Below, one piece after another: positions 47,774 through 57,676 of a DNA stretch of 64,000 bases (the stretch's first letter is position 1; each line of letters opens with the position of its first letter). The DNA is from Promethearchaeota archaeon (lineage in GTDB: Archaea > Asgardarchaeota > Lokiarchaeia > Sigyniarchaeales > SOKP01). Under the pieces are notes generated by a model, which was not told the DNA's origin, made no database searches, and saw nothing but the letters and a program-made list of their open reading frames with translations. The translations under genes were made by a program, and so were the position numbers. The stretch spans positions 64,001 through 128,000 of the forward strand of contig JAHPZA010000006.1 of assembly GCA_019058445.1 (NCBI GenBank), written 5' to 3'.

Positions 47774-48172
47774 ATGGAAAAAATTTCTAATAATGCAATA
47801 GGTGCTATATTAGCATTGGAAGCTATCGTTTTGGGTATTTTTATTGGTCTAAAAATGGGTTTCTCATTTGAGCCCCCAAGTACTTTAAGTTATATCGCAA
47901 CATTTGGAGGTACTCGGCATGTTATAGGGACTATAGCTGCTTTAATTTTCATACCTTGTTTTGTAAAACAAATAAAATATGGTGTATTGGCAGCAATTAT
48001 ATTTATTTCAGTTACAATAGTACTTACTTCAATCAGTGTCATAGATTTGTTATTTATTACTCCCGGATTTACACACAAGGCGCCAGTTGCTATTATTATG
48101 CTAGTTTTTCAAATCACTGCAATAATATTTAGTTACAAGACAATAAAAGAAATATATAGCTCCACAAGCTGA
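47774..48172 (+). CDS. Small 4-TM hypothetical membrane protein
   Basis: Four hydrophobic segments; strong GGAGGT RBS. Confidence 0.75.
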   Translation: MEKISNNAIGAILALEAIVLGIFIGLKMGFSFEPPSTLSYIATFGGTRHVIGTIAALIFIPCFVKQIKYGVLAAIIFISVTIVLTSISVIDLLFITPGFTHKAPVAIIMLVFQITAIIFSYKTIKEIYSSTS

Positions 48173-48188
48173 GAAATAATAGATTAGT

Positions 48189-49385
48189 TCATTTTCGCAT
48201 TGTTCGAAATTCTCCAGTTTTCATTAATTCACAAGGTTTAAGATAATTCTTTCCGGTTTGTTCTACAATATCTTCTAACATTTTAGTCCATTTTTCAAAA
48301 TTATTTTTACCTGAACTAAACGGCCCCGGCATGGAAGTACCTTTTAACATGACGTCATCAATTATTTTATAGCCAGGAACCACCCCTTCTTCCAAAAGTC
48401 TACAACCCTCGTTAAGTTGGATAGCCATAAGCACTTCGGGATTAAGTAAACCAGCCTTTTTATTAAAATTTAGTTTTGGTCTTCCTTTTGTCCAATCATA
48501 AAATCCTTTTCCCGTTTTTTTTCCTAAATTCCCTTCCGTTATTAATTTGTTTAGGATTTTACCTGGTGAAAAATCAGGTGAGATATATTTTTCATAACTT
48601 TTCAGAACATTGAAAGAAGCATCTACGCCGAGATAATCGGTTAATTGACATGGTCCCATAGGGATTAATTCTCCCGCTCCGGCATCGGCATCGATTTGCT
48701 CCCATGGAATATTTTTTTCATATGCTTGATCTAATATATAATTAATATATATATTGGGAGGGATTAGTAATCTATTAGCAATAAATCCCGGACTCTCCTT
48801 TTCAATTCTAACTGAAAGCCGTTTTCCTCTAAGGCAAGGTAATCTTTTACCAATAGCTACACCAATATTTAATGCTTCATCAGAAGTCTTCTCACCTTTC
48901 ATAACTTCCACACAACATTGAAGAACCACTGGTAAGAAAAAATGCATTCCAATTATATACTCAGGCCTTTTTGACTCACTTGCGATATCTGTTATATAAT
49001 ATGATGAAGTATTTGAGGCAAAGATACAGTGAGGTGGAGTGTTTTCCATAACAGCATTACACACATTTCTTTTAATATCTAAGTTTTCAACAACTGCTTC
49101 AAATACAAAATCTGCTTCTTTAACCGCAGAGGGTAAATCAATAGATGTTTTACAGTTTGACATAAGATCAGCAATAGAACACCCTTCAGGTAATTTTCCT
49201 TTAGTCTTTGCTTTTCTTAATCCTTTTTCAATATTAGCAATACCATTATCAACATATTTTTGATTTATGTCAATTAATGTGACATTATAGCCGGCCATTA
49301 ATGAAACTTGGGCAATTCCATGACCCATCATACCCGCTCCAACAACAGAGATATTTTTTATATTATTTAAATCAACCATCTTCAA
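48189..49385 (-). CDS. 3-hydroxyacyl-CoA dehydrogenase
   Basis: GAGMMGHGIA, EAVVE, ASNTS, GMHFF, PGFIANR, PMGP, LGKKTGKGFY. Confidence 0.93.
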   Translation of the reverse strand: MKMVDLNNIKNISVVGAGMMGHGIAQVSLMAGYNVTLIDINQKYVDNGIANIEKGLRKAKTKGKLPEGCSIADLMSNCKTSIDLPSAVKEADFVFEAVVENLDIKRNVCNAVMENTPPHCIFASNTSSYYITDIASESKRPEYIIGMHFFLPVVLQCCVEVMKGEKTSDEALNIGVAIGKRLPCLRGKRLSVRIEKESPGFIANRLLIPPNIYINYILDQAYEKNIPWEQIDADAGAGELIPMGPCQLTDYLGVDASFNVLKSYEKYISPDFSPGKILNKLITEGNLGKKTGKGFYDWTKGRPKLNFNKKAGLLNPEVLMAIQLNEGCRLLEEGVVPGYKIIDDVMLKGTSMPGPFSSGKNNFEKWTKMLEDIVEQTGKNYLKPCELMKTGEFRTMRK

Positions 49386-49519
49386 TTATCCTCTTAAAGT
49401 AACAATGAATTTGAAGTCAGCAAGTACTTATAAATGGATTATCTATATTAATGATATTTTTATTAAAAATGTGTAGTAATATAGGTAACAATTTTAATGA
49501 AATATTAAGGAATATCCTA

Positions 49520-50710
49520 TTATTTTCTCATTTTAAGAAAACCACCTGAGGTCATCAATTTACATGGTTTGAAGTATTGTTTCCCTGTCTTTTCAACAAA
49601 TTCTTCTAATAGTTCAGACCATTTTTCATAATTTTTTTTCCCCGGTCCAAAAGGTCCGGGCATGTCCATTCCAGCGAACATAGTATCATCTATTACTTTG
49701 TAACCTGAAACAATACCTTCTTCTAATAATTTACATCCCTCATTTAATTGAAGTGCAAAAAATATGTCCATTTTAAGAATATTTGCCTTTTCTGTTGCGA
49801 CTGTTTTAAGCTTTCCATCTTTATTCCATTCAAATATTCCTTTTCCAGTTTTTTTTCCTAAATTTCCTTTATTAAAAAGAGTTGTAAGCACTTTTCCTGG
49901 AGCAAAATCAGGTGAGAGAACATCTTCAAAATACTTTAAAACATTATATACAACATCTAAACCTAAATAATCCCATTTCGCAAAAGGGCCTAATTCTTGT
50001 AAAGATCCCAGGTCAGCATCGATATTTTCAATTGGAATTCCTTTTTCCATAGCATAATCAAGAAGCCAATTAAAATACATTCCCCCCGAAATAGTCAATC
50101 TATTTACTATAAAGCCAGGACTTTCTTTTTCAATTCGAGCAATATATCTTTTTCCTTTAAGAGCTGGAAGTTTTTTACCAACAGTAATAGCGATATTCAT
50201 TGTCTCTTCAGATGTTTCCTCACCCTTTATTACCTCAATTAATCTAAGAACAACAACCGGAGTAAAAAAATGCATTCCAACTACTTTTTCGGATCTTCCC
50301 GATTTCGCTGCTATTTTAGTAATACTCATTGTAGATGTATTGCTTGCTAAAATTGCATGTGTTGGAGAATATTCTCCCAATTTTCTAAAAAGTTCCTGTT
50401 TAAGCTCCATTTTTTCTGGTATAGCTTCTACTATAAAATCTGCATCCCTAACAGCATCTTTTAAATTTATTTTTCTAATCAATTTTTTCATAAGAGCCTC
50501 TGATGTAGCATTTTCTCCCAGTAAACCTTTCATTTCAAGTTTTTTAAGATTCCCCTTAATTTTGTCTACTGCCTCATTAATGACTTCTTCTGAAAGATCA
50601 TTCAATACAACTTTTTCAAAACCAGCCATTAAGGCTACTTGGGCGATTTCATGTCCCATAGTTCCCGCTCCAATAACGGCAAATGTATTAATATTACTAA
50701 TATCCACCAT
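49520..50710 (-). CDS. 3-hydroxyacyl-CoA dehydrogenase, tandem paralog
   Basis: GAGTMGHEIA, EAIPE, ASNTS, GMHFF, PGFIVNR, LGKKTGKG. Confidence 0.93.
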   Translation of the reverse strand: MVDISNINTFAVIGAGTMGHEIAQVALMAGFEKVVLNDLSEEVINEAVDKIKGNLKKLEMKGLLGENATSEALMKKLIRKINLKDAVRDADFIVEAIPEKMELKQELFRKLGEYSPTHAILASNTSTMSITKIAAKSGRSEKVVGMHFFTPVVVLRLIEVIKGEETSEETMNIAITVGKKLPALKGKRYIARIEKESPGFIVNRLTISGGMYFNWLLDYAMEKGIPIENIDADLGSLQELGPFAKWDYLGLDVVYNVLKYFEDVLSPDFAPGKVLTTLFNKGNLGKKTGKGIFEWNKDGKLKTVATEKANILKMDIFFALQLNEGCKLLEEGIVSGYKVIDDTMFAGMDMPGPFGPGKKNYEKWSELLEEFVEKTGKQYFKPCKLMTSGGFLKMRK

Positions 50711-50798
50711 AATTATGTATTAAATTACATACATTAAAAATTTAATTTGCGAAGATCCATTTAGGGATTTATAAGAGCTTTACTGGTTTAGTTTCTAT

Positions 50799-51890
50799 TT
50801 AATAAAAAATAGACTCAAAAAAATAGACCATGAAATTAACATTGTATAAAATATACCACGAAAGAAGCATTGTCCCAATTCCCAAAAAAATTGAAATCGG
50901 GAGCCCTGGTAATATTTTATTCTTTTTTAACCCTTGAATCGTTATACCTGTACCAATAATTATAGCAATCGATGTTAAAATCATTATTATTATGCTTCCA
51001 GTCAATATAAGTGCACTAGAAGTGAGCATACTATAAAAAGCTAAATCACCTATGCCAATTTCTAATTTGGATGTATCATAAGCAATTTCTCCGCTTTCTA
51101 ATTTTTCTTTTAATTCTTCCTCTGATAATTTATCATCCAAGCTATCTTTAGAAGCAATATCAATCATATTTCTAATTGGACCCCTTTTAGCCTTTACTGC
51201 ATAGATATCCCAACAGGAAATTCCAATTAATACAGCTAATGTGGTCCAGAGAGGCATCATTACTCCAAGTAGAGCTCCAATTAATAAACCAATATAGAGA
51301 ACAATTAAGTTTTTTGTGAATAGGGAAAAAGTGGTAAAATATTTATAAATCATCAATGTCGTGAGGATCCCTGTTCCAATTAAAAGAATATAATAACTAA
51401 TATAATAGCTAGTGATAACAGCTTCCGTTTCTGGCTTATTATAGAAATATAGGTATAATAAGATCTGCCCAAAAAAGAGAGTTAAAAAGAATGATATAAA
51501 GCCAAAAACCCCGCCAAAAATATACTTTAATACGTCAATTCCTTTTCTTTTAACCACAAAAATAATAATGAAAGAAGAGATTGCAGCCATTGCTGTAAAA
51601 ATTAAGCCATTAATTAGTCCCGCAGTAGCGCCATATTCTGCTTCTGAGACATAACCTCCTTCAATTTGAATCCCAGCTATCACGTAAGTAGCATAAGCCA
51701 ATAAACCTGCGCATATAACAACTATTAGAATTGGAAGCGGATATAGTTTTCGGGAAATCCTATACGTTGGAAAAAAGTGTGGGATAAATTCTTTATCTAA
51801 AATTTCTTCTGATTTTGATTCATCCATCGTTTTCCTAAGGTTCTTACGTTCTACATTTATTTCATTAGGAGTATTTGGGATATCTGACAT
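50799..51890 (-). CDS. Presenilin-family (A22) intramembrane aspartyl protease
   Basis: ISCWDIYAV (first Asp), GPIR, IGIGDLAFYS (GxGD), LPGLPISI (PAL-type); ~9 TM segments. Confidence 0.92.
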   Translation of the reverse strand: MSDIPNTPNEINVERKNLRKTMDESKSEEILDKEFIPHFFPTYRISRKLYPLPILIVVICAGLLAYATYVIAGIQIEGGYVSEAEYGATAGLINGLIFTAMAAISSFIIIFVVKRKGIDVLKYIFGGVFGFISFFLTLFFGQILLYLYFYNKPETEAVITSYYISYYILLIGTGILTTLMIYKYFTTFSLFTKNLIVLYIGLLIGALLGVMMPLWTTLAVLIGISCWDIYAVKAKRGPIRNMIDIASKDSLDDKLSEEELKEKLESGEIAYDTSKLEIGIGDLAFYSMLTSSALILTGSIIIMILTSIAIIIGTGITIQGLKKNKILPGLPISIFLGIGTMLLSWYILYNVNFMVYFFESIFY

Positions 51891-52004
51891 GTTAATAGAA
51901 AAATTTGTCTTTAAAATATTTCATTTAAATTATAAAGTAAAACATAGCATAAAAACTATGAAATAATGAATTAAAAATTATGATAAGCTTTCAATTAAGG
52001 GAAG

Positions 52005-53243
52005 TTAAAAACTTACATTTGGTAATTGATGAATGAATTCTTTAACTAACTCAACTCGTCTCTTCCTTTTAACATCATGATATCGAAGAGGATATAAGTC
52101 ATTTATGACAAATTTATAGAGTTTTATCCAAGTTTCAGCAACCTTACTGATTCGATATTTTTCAGCTGCTAATTTTGCATTCTTACCGAAGTCTGCTCTA
52201 AGATCGTCGTCTTTTAACAATTTAACGACATGACTTTTAAATTCATCAAAGTTATTTGCCAGATATCCAGTTTCTCCGTGTTTTATTATATCTCGAATAC
52301 CATAGCCATTAGCACCGATATTTGGGGTTCCTTGAGCCATTGCTTCAATTAATACTAAACCTTCTGCTTCTATCCATGACCAAAGACAGGACAGATCAGC
52401 AGTGTTGAATAGTTTTAATAGATCATTAAAAGGAACCCTTCCGGCACAGCTAACATAATCAAATTTATTTGATAAGTTTTTTACAAATTCCGATGATGGT
52501 CCATCGCTTCCTACAATTAACAAATGGGAATCTGGCACTTGTTTATGAATTTGTTTAAAGTGTTTAATAATGCTAACCATGTGCTTCTCAGGGGACATTC
52601 TAGAGGCATAAAGCATTACTTTTTTATCTCCTAATCCATACTTCTCTCGTATTCCATTCTCCTTTAAGTCTTGATAGTAAAGCTCATGAACTCCATTTGA
52701 AAGTGTAATAATTGGTTCTTTAAACCAATGTTCCAGCAATAACTCTTTTTTGGATTTCGTTGCAACTGCAGATAAGTCATATTTCTCAAGCATATGACGC
52801 TCGTATTTCCATGCTAAAGGAAATTTTGTGAGAAATTTCCCTATTACTGGAACATATTGAGCCATGTAAAATTGTAAAGGAGAATTGTGAGTTCCTATCA
52901 ATGGGATTCCTAAGTATTTTGCCCAATTTAGTGCCAAACCCCCTATTGTTGCATGTGTCATTGTGTGGCAGAGATCGAGCTGGTTTTCTCGGCAGAAGAA
53001 ATACTTATGTATAGGAAAGGAAACTGGAAAACCAGTTTTGGAAGAGACTGTTCCTCCCCCTAAGTCATGAAAGTATAAGTTTTTGGGTTTAACATATCCA
53101 TTTTGAATTTTTGGAGCATATACGTGGACATTATGACCGAGCTTTGCTATTTCTTCGGAAAGGAATCGTACAGCATGAGCAGTACCGTTGGTTTGAGAGT
53201 ATAAATAGCTAAAAAATCCAATATCGAGTACTTGTTTGGCCAT
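52005..53243 (-). CDS. Glycosyltransferase family 4
   Basis: NGTA, GTHNS, NGV, SRMSPEK, EAEGLVLIEAMAQG. Confidence 0.9.
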   Translation of the reverse strand: MAKQVLDIGFFSYLYSQTNGTAHAVRFLSEEIAKLGHNVHVYAPKIQNGYVKPKNLYFHDLGGGTVSSKTGFPVSFPIHKYFFCRENQLDLCHTMTHATIGGLALNWAKYLGIPLIGTHNSPLQFYMAQYVPVIGKFLTKFPLAWKYERHMLEKYDLSAVATKSKKELLLEHWFKEPIITLSNGVHELYYQDLKENGIREKYGLGDKKVMLYASRMSPEKHMVSIIKHFKQIHKQVPDSHLLIVGSDGPSSEFVKNLSNKFDYVSCAGRVPFNDLLKLFNTADLSCLWSWIEAEGLVLIEAMAQGTPNIGANGYGIRDIIKHGETGYLANNFDEFKSHVVKLLKDDDLRADFGKNAKLAAEKYRISKVAETWIKLYKFVINDLYPLRYHDVKRKRRVELVKEFIHQLPNVSF

Positions 53244-53413
53244 AAAAATATCCCATTTTTAAAAATTTAGTGTTAATTTTACTTAAAGATTCGTTTAATT
53301 TAATAGTTATTCGTTTATTAAAAAATTCGGTGAATTTTAATAAGGAGAATTTATCTAAACATTAAAAAGAATTGGAGACCAAAAATTATAAAAAAAATTA
53401 TAATATCTCTATA

Positions 53414-54457
53414 CTATTTTTTAAGGGCCTTTACAAGGAATACTATAAAAAGCGCTGGTCCTATGACAAACAAGCTTAAAAAGATTAATATCGCAAAAAT
53501 TATGCCAATTATTGGTATTAAGCAAAATATTATAGTCAAGATCAATAGAAGCCCGAAAAGTTTAAAGAAGAAATTCGAATCATATGTTTCAATATCATCT
53601 ATTACTTCAATATTTGTCTCATCTATCGGCTTGCTAATTCGAAGCATGATCCCTACAAATATGTAAAATCCGATAATTATCAGAAATGGTAGTACTATTG
53701 TGGGAATTCTTTCGGGAAGTAAAATAAAAAAAGTTATTAGATAGAGCAATAATAAATAGATAATAACAATACCGAATCCTTTATTCCCTAGTTTTAGTGA
53801 ATAGATTGAGAAATTATTAGAATTTTTCTTACTTGAAATTTTAAAAAATAGAAATATTAAACCTATACTTCCCAATATCGCAATAGCAGCTACAAGGATG
53901 TTATATCCCGTATTCATTGATAAAAAAGCTGAACCAGCTAAAACCAGAAATAAGGCAAATATGAAAGTTTTCTTTTTCTTTTTATTCAAGTAAGGTAAAT
54001 GGCTAATAAATATCCTGCTTTCTAGTTTAAGGTTAGAATCTTGAGATTTGGCAAAGGACTCAAATACAAGAATAGGCATTACAAAGGCGAGAATCGGATG
54101 CCAAAAAAAAACTAAAGTGAAAAATTCTAAAATTGCAATCCCTCCAACCAATGCTATAGCGGGCCCCTCAGCTCCGGGATACCCGAACCAAAGTACTTTT
54201 GTAATCCAAGATTCATAAAGGCCAAATAATACACCCCATAAGTATAATTGTGGTATAGAAGTCCTCTTCGTTCGCATAGCAAGATTAAGAAACAATAGAA
54301 GATGTCCTAAATAAAGCCAATAAGTAACAATCAAGGACCAAGGATCGATGAACCACAATTGAGATGAACCAGCAAACACTTCTGCCATAAACATAGATAA
54401 ACATCCAATAAGAATGATAAGTGTCCATTTTTTCTCATTTGGTAATTCTTCGACCAC
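53414..54457 (-). CDS. Hypothetical multi-pass membrane protein
   Basis: ~10 hydrophobic segments; conserved-looking AEVFAGS, LFGLYESWITKVLW, FFWHP. Confidence 0.78.
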   Translation of the reverse strand: MVEELPNEKKWTLIILIGCLSMFMAEVFAGSSQLWFIDPWSLIVTYWLYLGHLLLFLNLAMRTKRTSIPQLYLWGVLFGLYESWITKVLWFGYPGAEGPAIALVGGIAILEFFTLVFFWHPILAFVMPILVFESFAKSQDSNLKLESRIFISHLPYLNKKKKKTFIFALFLVLAGSAFLSMNTGYNILVAAIAILGSIGLIFLFFKISSKKNSNNFSIYSLKLGNKGFGIVIIYLLLLYLITFFILLPERIPTIVLPFLIIIGFYIFVGIMLRISKPIDETNIEVIDDIETYDSNFFFKLFGLLLILTIIFCLIPIIGIIFAILIFLSLFVIGPALFIVFLVKALKK

Positions 54458-54597
54458 TGCTAATCACTAATTTAAGGGATTTATTAATGATATATGATTA
54501 ATGCTTACCTTATTTTAAATTTTTTTTTAAAATCATAAAACTTTTTTGGATAATTATATTATTCATCATTATAATTATTAATCGGAAAATATTAGAA

Positions 54598-54765
54598 ATG
54601 ACACCAGAAGAAGAGAAACAAATTGTAGAAGAAATAATAAAAAGAAGAAGATTACCATATTCAATTGAGCTTGTAGATGTTCAGGGAGATAGATTTACTG
54701 TTCGTAATAATTTTGGATCTACTACGGTTTATATTAAGAAAGGAGAAGATTTTATCCTAGAATAG
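54598..54765 (+). CDS. Small hypothetical protein (55 aa), below ORF-track cutoff
   Basis: ATG..TAG, MTPEEEKQIVEEIIKRRRLPYSIELVDVQGDRFTVRNNFGSTTVYIKKGEDFILE; purine-rich coding-like composition in a 530-bp gap. Confidence 0.72.
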   Translation: MTPEEEKQIVEEIIKRRRLPYSIELVDVQGDRFTVRNNFGSTTVYIKKGEDFILE

Positions 54766-54986
54766 TGAATAACAAATTGCAAGCAATCTCTTTTTTTAAA
54801 TAAAATTTGCTCTCTATTATAATAAAGGATTATTACAATTTTCTTTAATAATTTCTATTAAAAACTAAAATAATTCGATTTCTTTTAATATAGAAATTTA
54901 TAATATATTTTAGATAAAATTTTAAGACAAAATTTTTTTATTTTAAATAGCTATTAATGATTTTTATTTTATTTCTTAGTTGATAC

Positions 54987-56312
54987 ATGATGAGACGAAG
55001 AAGAACGAGATCTGATAGTTCTGAAAACAAGGAAAGCGATGGATTTAGAGCAGTAGTAAGTGAAAATACTTCTCTTTCAATGTATAAAAGGGGTGAAAGA
55101 GCTCTTTGTATCATTCGAAAAAATCTCGCTAAAGATTATGATATTGAGGTTGAGGCATCTGAAGCTCCGATATTAAATAAAGAATTAAAAGATCCTGAGC
55201 CCTATGAATCATCTATGGCCGATATTAAGATAATTGAAGAAGAGGTAGTTCCTATAAATGATGCCCTTAGAAATGTCTTTGGTAATGAAAAAGATCTAAA
55301 TTTATATAGTGTTAAAATAGGGATTGGGGGCAGTAAAAATGATTATGTTACAATTAATGAAAAGGATTTAGTCAAATTCGATGTAAAACCAACACTTAGT
55401 GGCTTAATAGAGTTTATTAAAGAAAATGATGAAAGTATACTTGGGTTCTTAGATCGCGAATATATTAATGAAGAAGGAAATGTAATTTATTTAAATTGTG
55501 GAAGGAAGAATGTTTCGGATAATATATTTTCAATAAAACTTAAAATTCTCGCATCTATGCAACAGAGAGGATTTTTTCTCCAACAAGAGCATAAATATTA
55601 TGGACTTCAATTATATATTACTATAGAATCAAAAACTGCTGATGATGATAAAATATTTGAGCTTTTAAAGGAGCTTGAAATTGACTGGGAAATGATTTTC
55701 TTTAGGAGAAGATTAGCAATTCATGATTGGACTCAAATTGAATGTGAAAGAAACACTGATAATCTCAAAAATTATTTAAGGTCTAAATATAAGAATCTAA
55801 ATTATTTTGATGTAAACAATATAACTAGAGTAGTAATGAAAAACCAATTAACTTTTATTGTCGCAGATAAAATGGCCTCACTATTATTCAAAATGAAAAC
55901 GGAGAGAATTTTACAGCTTCAAGAAGAGTATGAGCGTCAATATCAATTAGAGCAAGAACGTAAATCTCAAATTGAAGAAGAAAGAATAACCTTAATGGAA
56001 AAAATTAATGAGTTGAAACGAAAACAACAGCTAAAACCAACCAGAAAAATTTATATTGATATTGACTCATTAAATGATGAAAAATTACATTTAGAACAAG
56101 AAAAGAGGAAAATTTTAGAAAAACTTTCAACCTTGCGAGAAAAAATTAATGATCCAGGAGATGAATATTCAACATCCCTAAAAAAAGCAGAGATCGCAGC
56201 AGCAGCTAATCTTGCCTGTGCATATTTGGGAATCTCTCAAAAAATAGAATTTGATCGAGATGTTAGTATAGCTGAAATTTTAAAATATCAAGAAGAATTG
56301 ACAAATATTTAA
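54987..56312 (+). CDS. Hypothetical protein with C-terminal coiled coil
   Basis: 441-aa ORF; E/K/Q/L-rich helical stretch around aa 305-390. Confidence 0.75.
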   Translation: MMRRRRTRSDSSENKESDGFRAVVSENTSLSMYKRGERALCIIRKNLAKDYDIEVEASEAPILNKELKDPEPYESSMADIKIIEEEVVPINDALRNVFGNEKDLNLYSVKIGIGGSKNDYVTINEKDLVKFDVKPTLSGLIEFIKENDESILGFLDREYINEEGNVIYLNCGRKNVSDNIFSIKLKILASMQQRGFFLQQEHKYYGLQLYITIESKTADDDKIFELLKELEIDWEMIFFRRRLAIHDWTQIECERNTDNLKNYLRSKYKNLNYFDVNNITRVVMKNQLTFIVADKMASLLFKMKTERILQLQEEYERQYQLEQERKSQIEEERITLMEKINELKRKQQLKPTRKIYIDIDSLNDEKLHLEQEKRKILEKLSTLREKINDPGDEYSTSLKKAEIAAAANLACAYLGISQKIEFDRDVSIAEILKYQEELTNI

Positions 56313-56386
56313 TAGTCTTCACTAATATTAAATTATTTTTTAAAAAAATCTAAAAAAAATTAATTGATTTATTTAATTTTTGTGAG

Positions 56387-57388
56387 TTATAACTTAAAGG
56401 ACTCCTTTATTAGATTTTGATCGATTTTTCCTACAGAAATTGTTTTTCCAGTTTTTATATTATTTACCGTATAAATCGCAGGAGCAAATAAACCAGGATC
56501 AATTTTATAAAAATCATATTCGGCTTCTTTGAAAATAACATTAAAAGGTTGTCCATAGCTAGATGAGGTACTCGCAGGGGCTTTTTTTAACAGTTCAAAC
56601 AATTCCGCTTCTTGCTCCTTTTCTGCATTAATAGTATAGAAGGTTTTACCTGCAGCAAACATAGCATCATTCGGAGGACCCATTGCTGCAAAATCGTCTT
56701 TCGCCACAGGAGCCACTGGCACGGTTCCAAATCCTTCTTGAAGAACATCTAATGGAAAATGGATTTCATGCAATTTATGAATTCCAGTTTCAACAATTCG
56801 TGCGGCAACTTGAATTGAACCAACTAAACACGCAGTAGGGGCACATACTGCATAAGTATTCTCTGCTGCGACTTTGCATTTTTCAGTAACGATTGCCATC
56901 ACTTCTTCATTCGGCATATTACGTGTCTCAAATACTATGACTGCACAATCTGAGTCATCATTATAATCGATTTCTTTAAATAATTCCTCACCTTTATTTT
57001 TAGCTCTTGCTGGTCCAGAACCTAAAGATTGAAACACTACCTTTTTTTTAATTTTTCCCTCTTTTTCAACTTCTTTTTTTAATTTAACGCTCCAACCAGC
57101 TAATTGAGATGCCATACATGAAATTATTGGATGAGATGTATGTACAGTAACAGCAGGCAAATAATGATTATCTAAACTATAATTTGCAAAATCTACAGTG
57201 CCTAATCCTCCCATACAGATTTCACCGATAAGTTTTCCTCCTATCCATCCTGCCTTCGTCATATCTACAACTGTAGAACCATTACCTAAGGTAATTACTT
57301 CGGCCCCATAAATCTCTTTATTGCTAATAATTTGTTTTACAATTTCAAGAGCAAGTTCGTTAATTTTTAGATTTGAAATTTTTTTCAC
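56387..57388 (-). CDS. mch: Methenyltetrahydromethanopterin cyclohydrolase
   Basis: EICMGGLG, CMASQLAGW, LGSGPARA, APTACLVGSIQVAARIVETGIHK, DFYKIDPGLFAPA. Confidence 0.95.
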   Translation of the reverse strand: MKKISNLKINELALEIVKQIISNKEIYGAEVITLGNGSTVVDMTKAGWIGGKLIGEICMGGLGTVDFANYSLDNHYLPAVTVHTSHPIISCMASQLAGWSVKLKKEVEKEGKIKKKVVFQSLGSGPARAKNKGEELFKEIDYNDDSDCAVIVFETRNMPNEEVMAIVTEKCKVAAENTYAVCAPTACLVGSIQVAARIVETGIHKLHEIHFPLDVLQEGFGTVPVAPVAKDDFAAMGPPNDAMFAAGKTFYTINAEKEQEAELFELLKKAPASTSSSYGQPFNVIFKEAEYDFYKIDPGLFAPAIYTVNNIKTGKTISVGKIDQNLIKESFKL

Positions 57389-57676
57389 CTAATAATACGT
57401 TTTATAATTTTTTAGATACAATAATTATTAAATATTTACTTTGAATTGCCACTAGAACTTTTAAATTTTAACTAATAATAAAAATATTAAGAATAAATAT
57501 TTAGAATTTGTATATATCTCCAACCAAAATTTTTACGGAAATAACATACAATTTTATTATTTTATGGTTTCAAATATTTTTAGATTATTCATAACTTTTA
57601 ATTGAGTATTTATAATTATTTTCATATTTAAGAATAATACTTATTCACTAGTAGAATAATCTATAAATTAAGAGAA

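Noticed and set aside
48189-48191. Genome-wide TGA reassignment as an explanation for the PaaI stop
   Set aside because: TGA terminates this gene at exactly the position where its paralog uses TAA, so TGA is a normal stop
50340-50723. 127-aa + strand ORF and the other 60-100 aa ORFs nested in or antisense to larger genes (e.g. 636-821, 5344-5547, 6638-6886, 15255-15539, 21911-22168, 37099-37344, 38693-38989, 45082-45330)
   Set aside because: They overlap well-supported genes and show the S/F/I-rich composition typical of reverse-frame shadows
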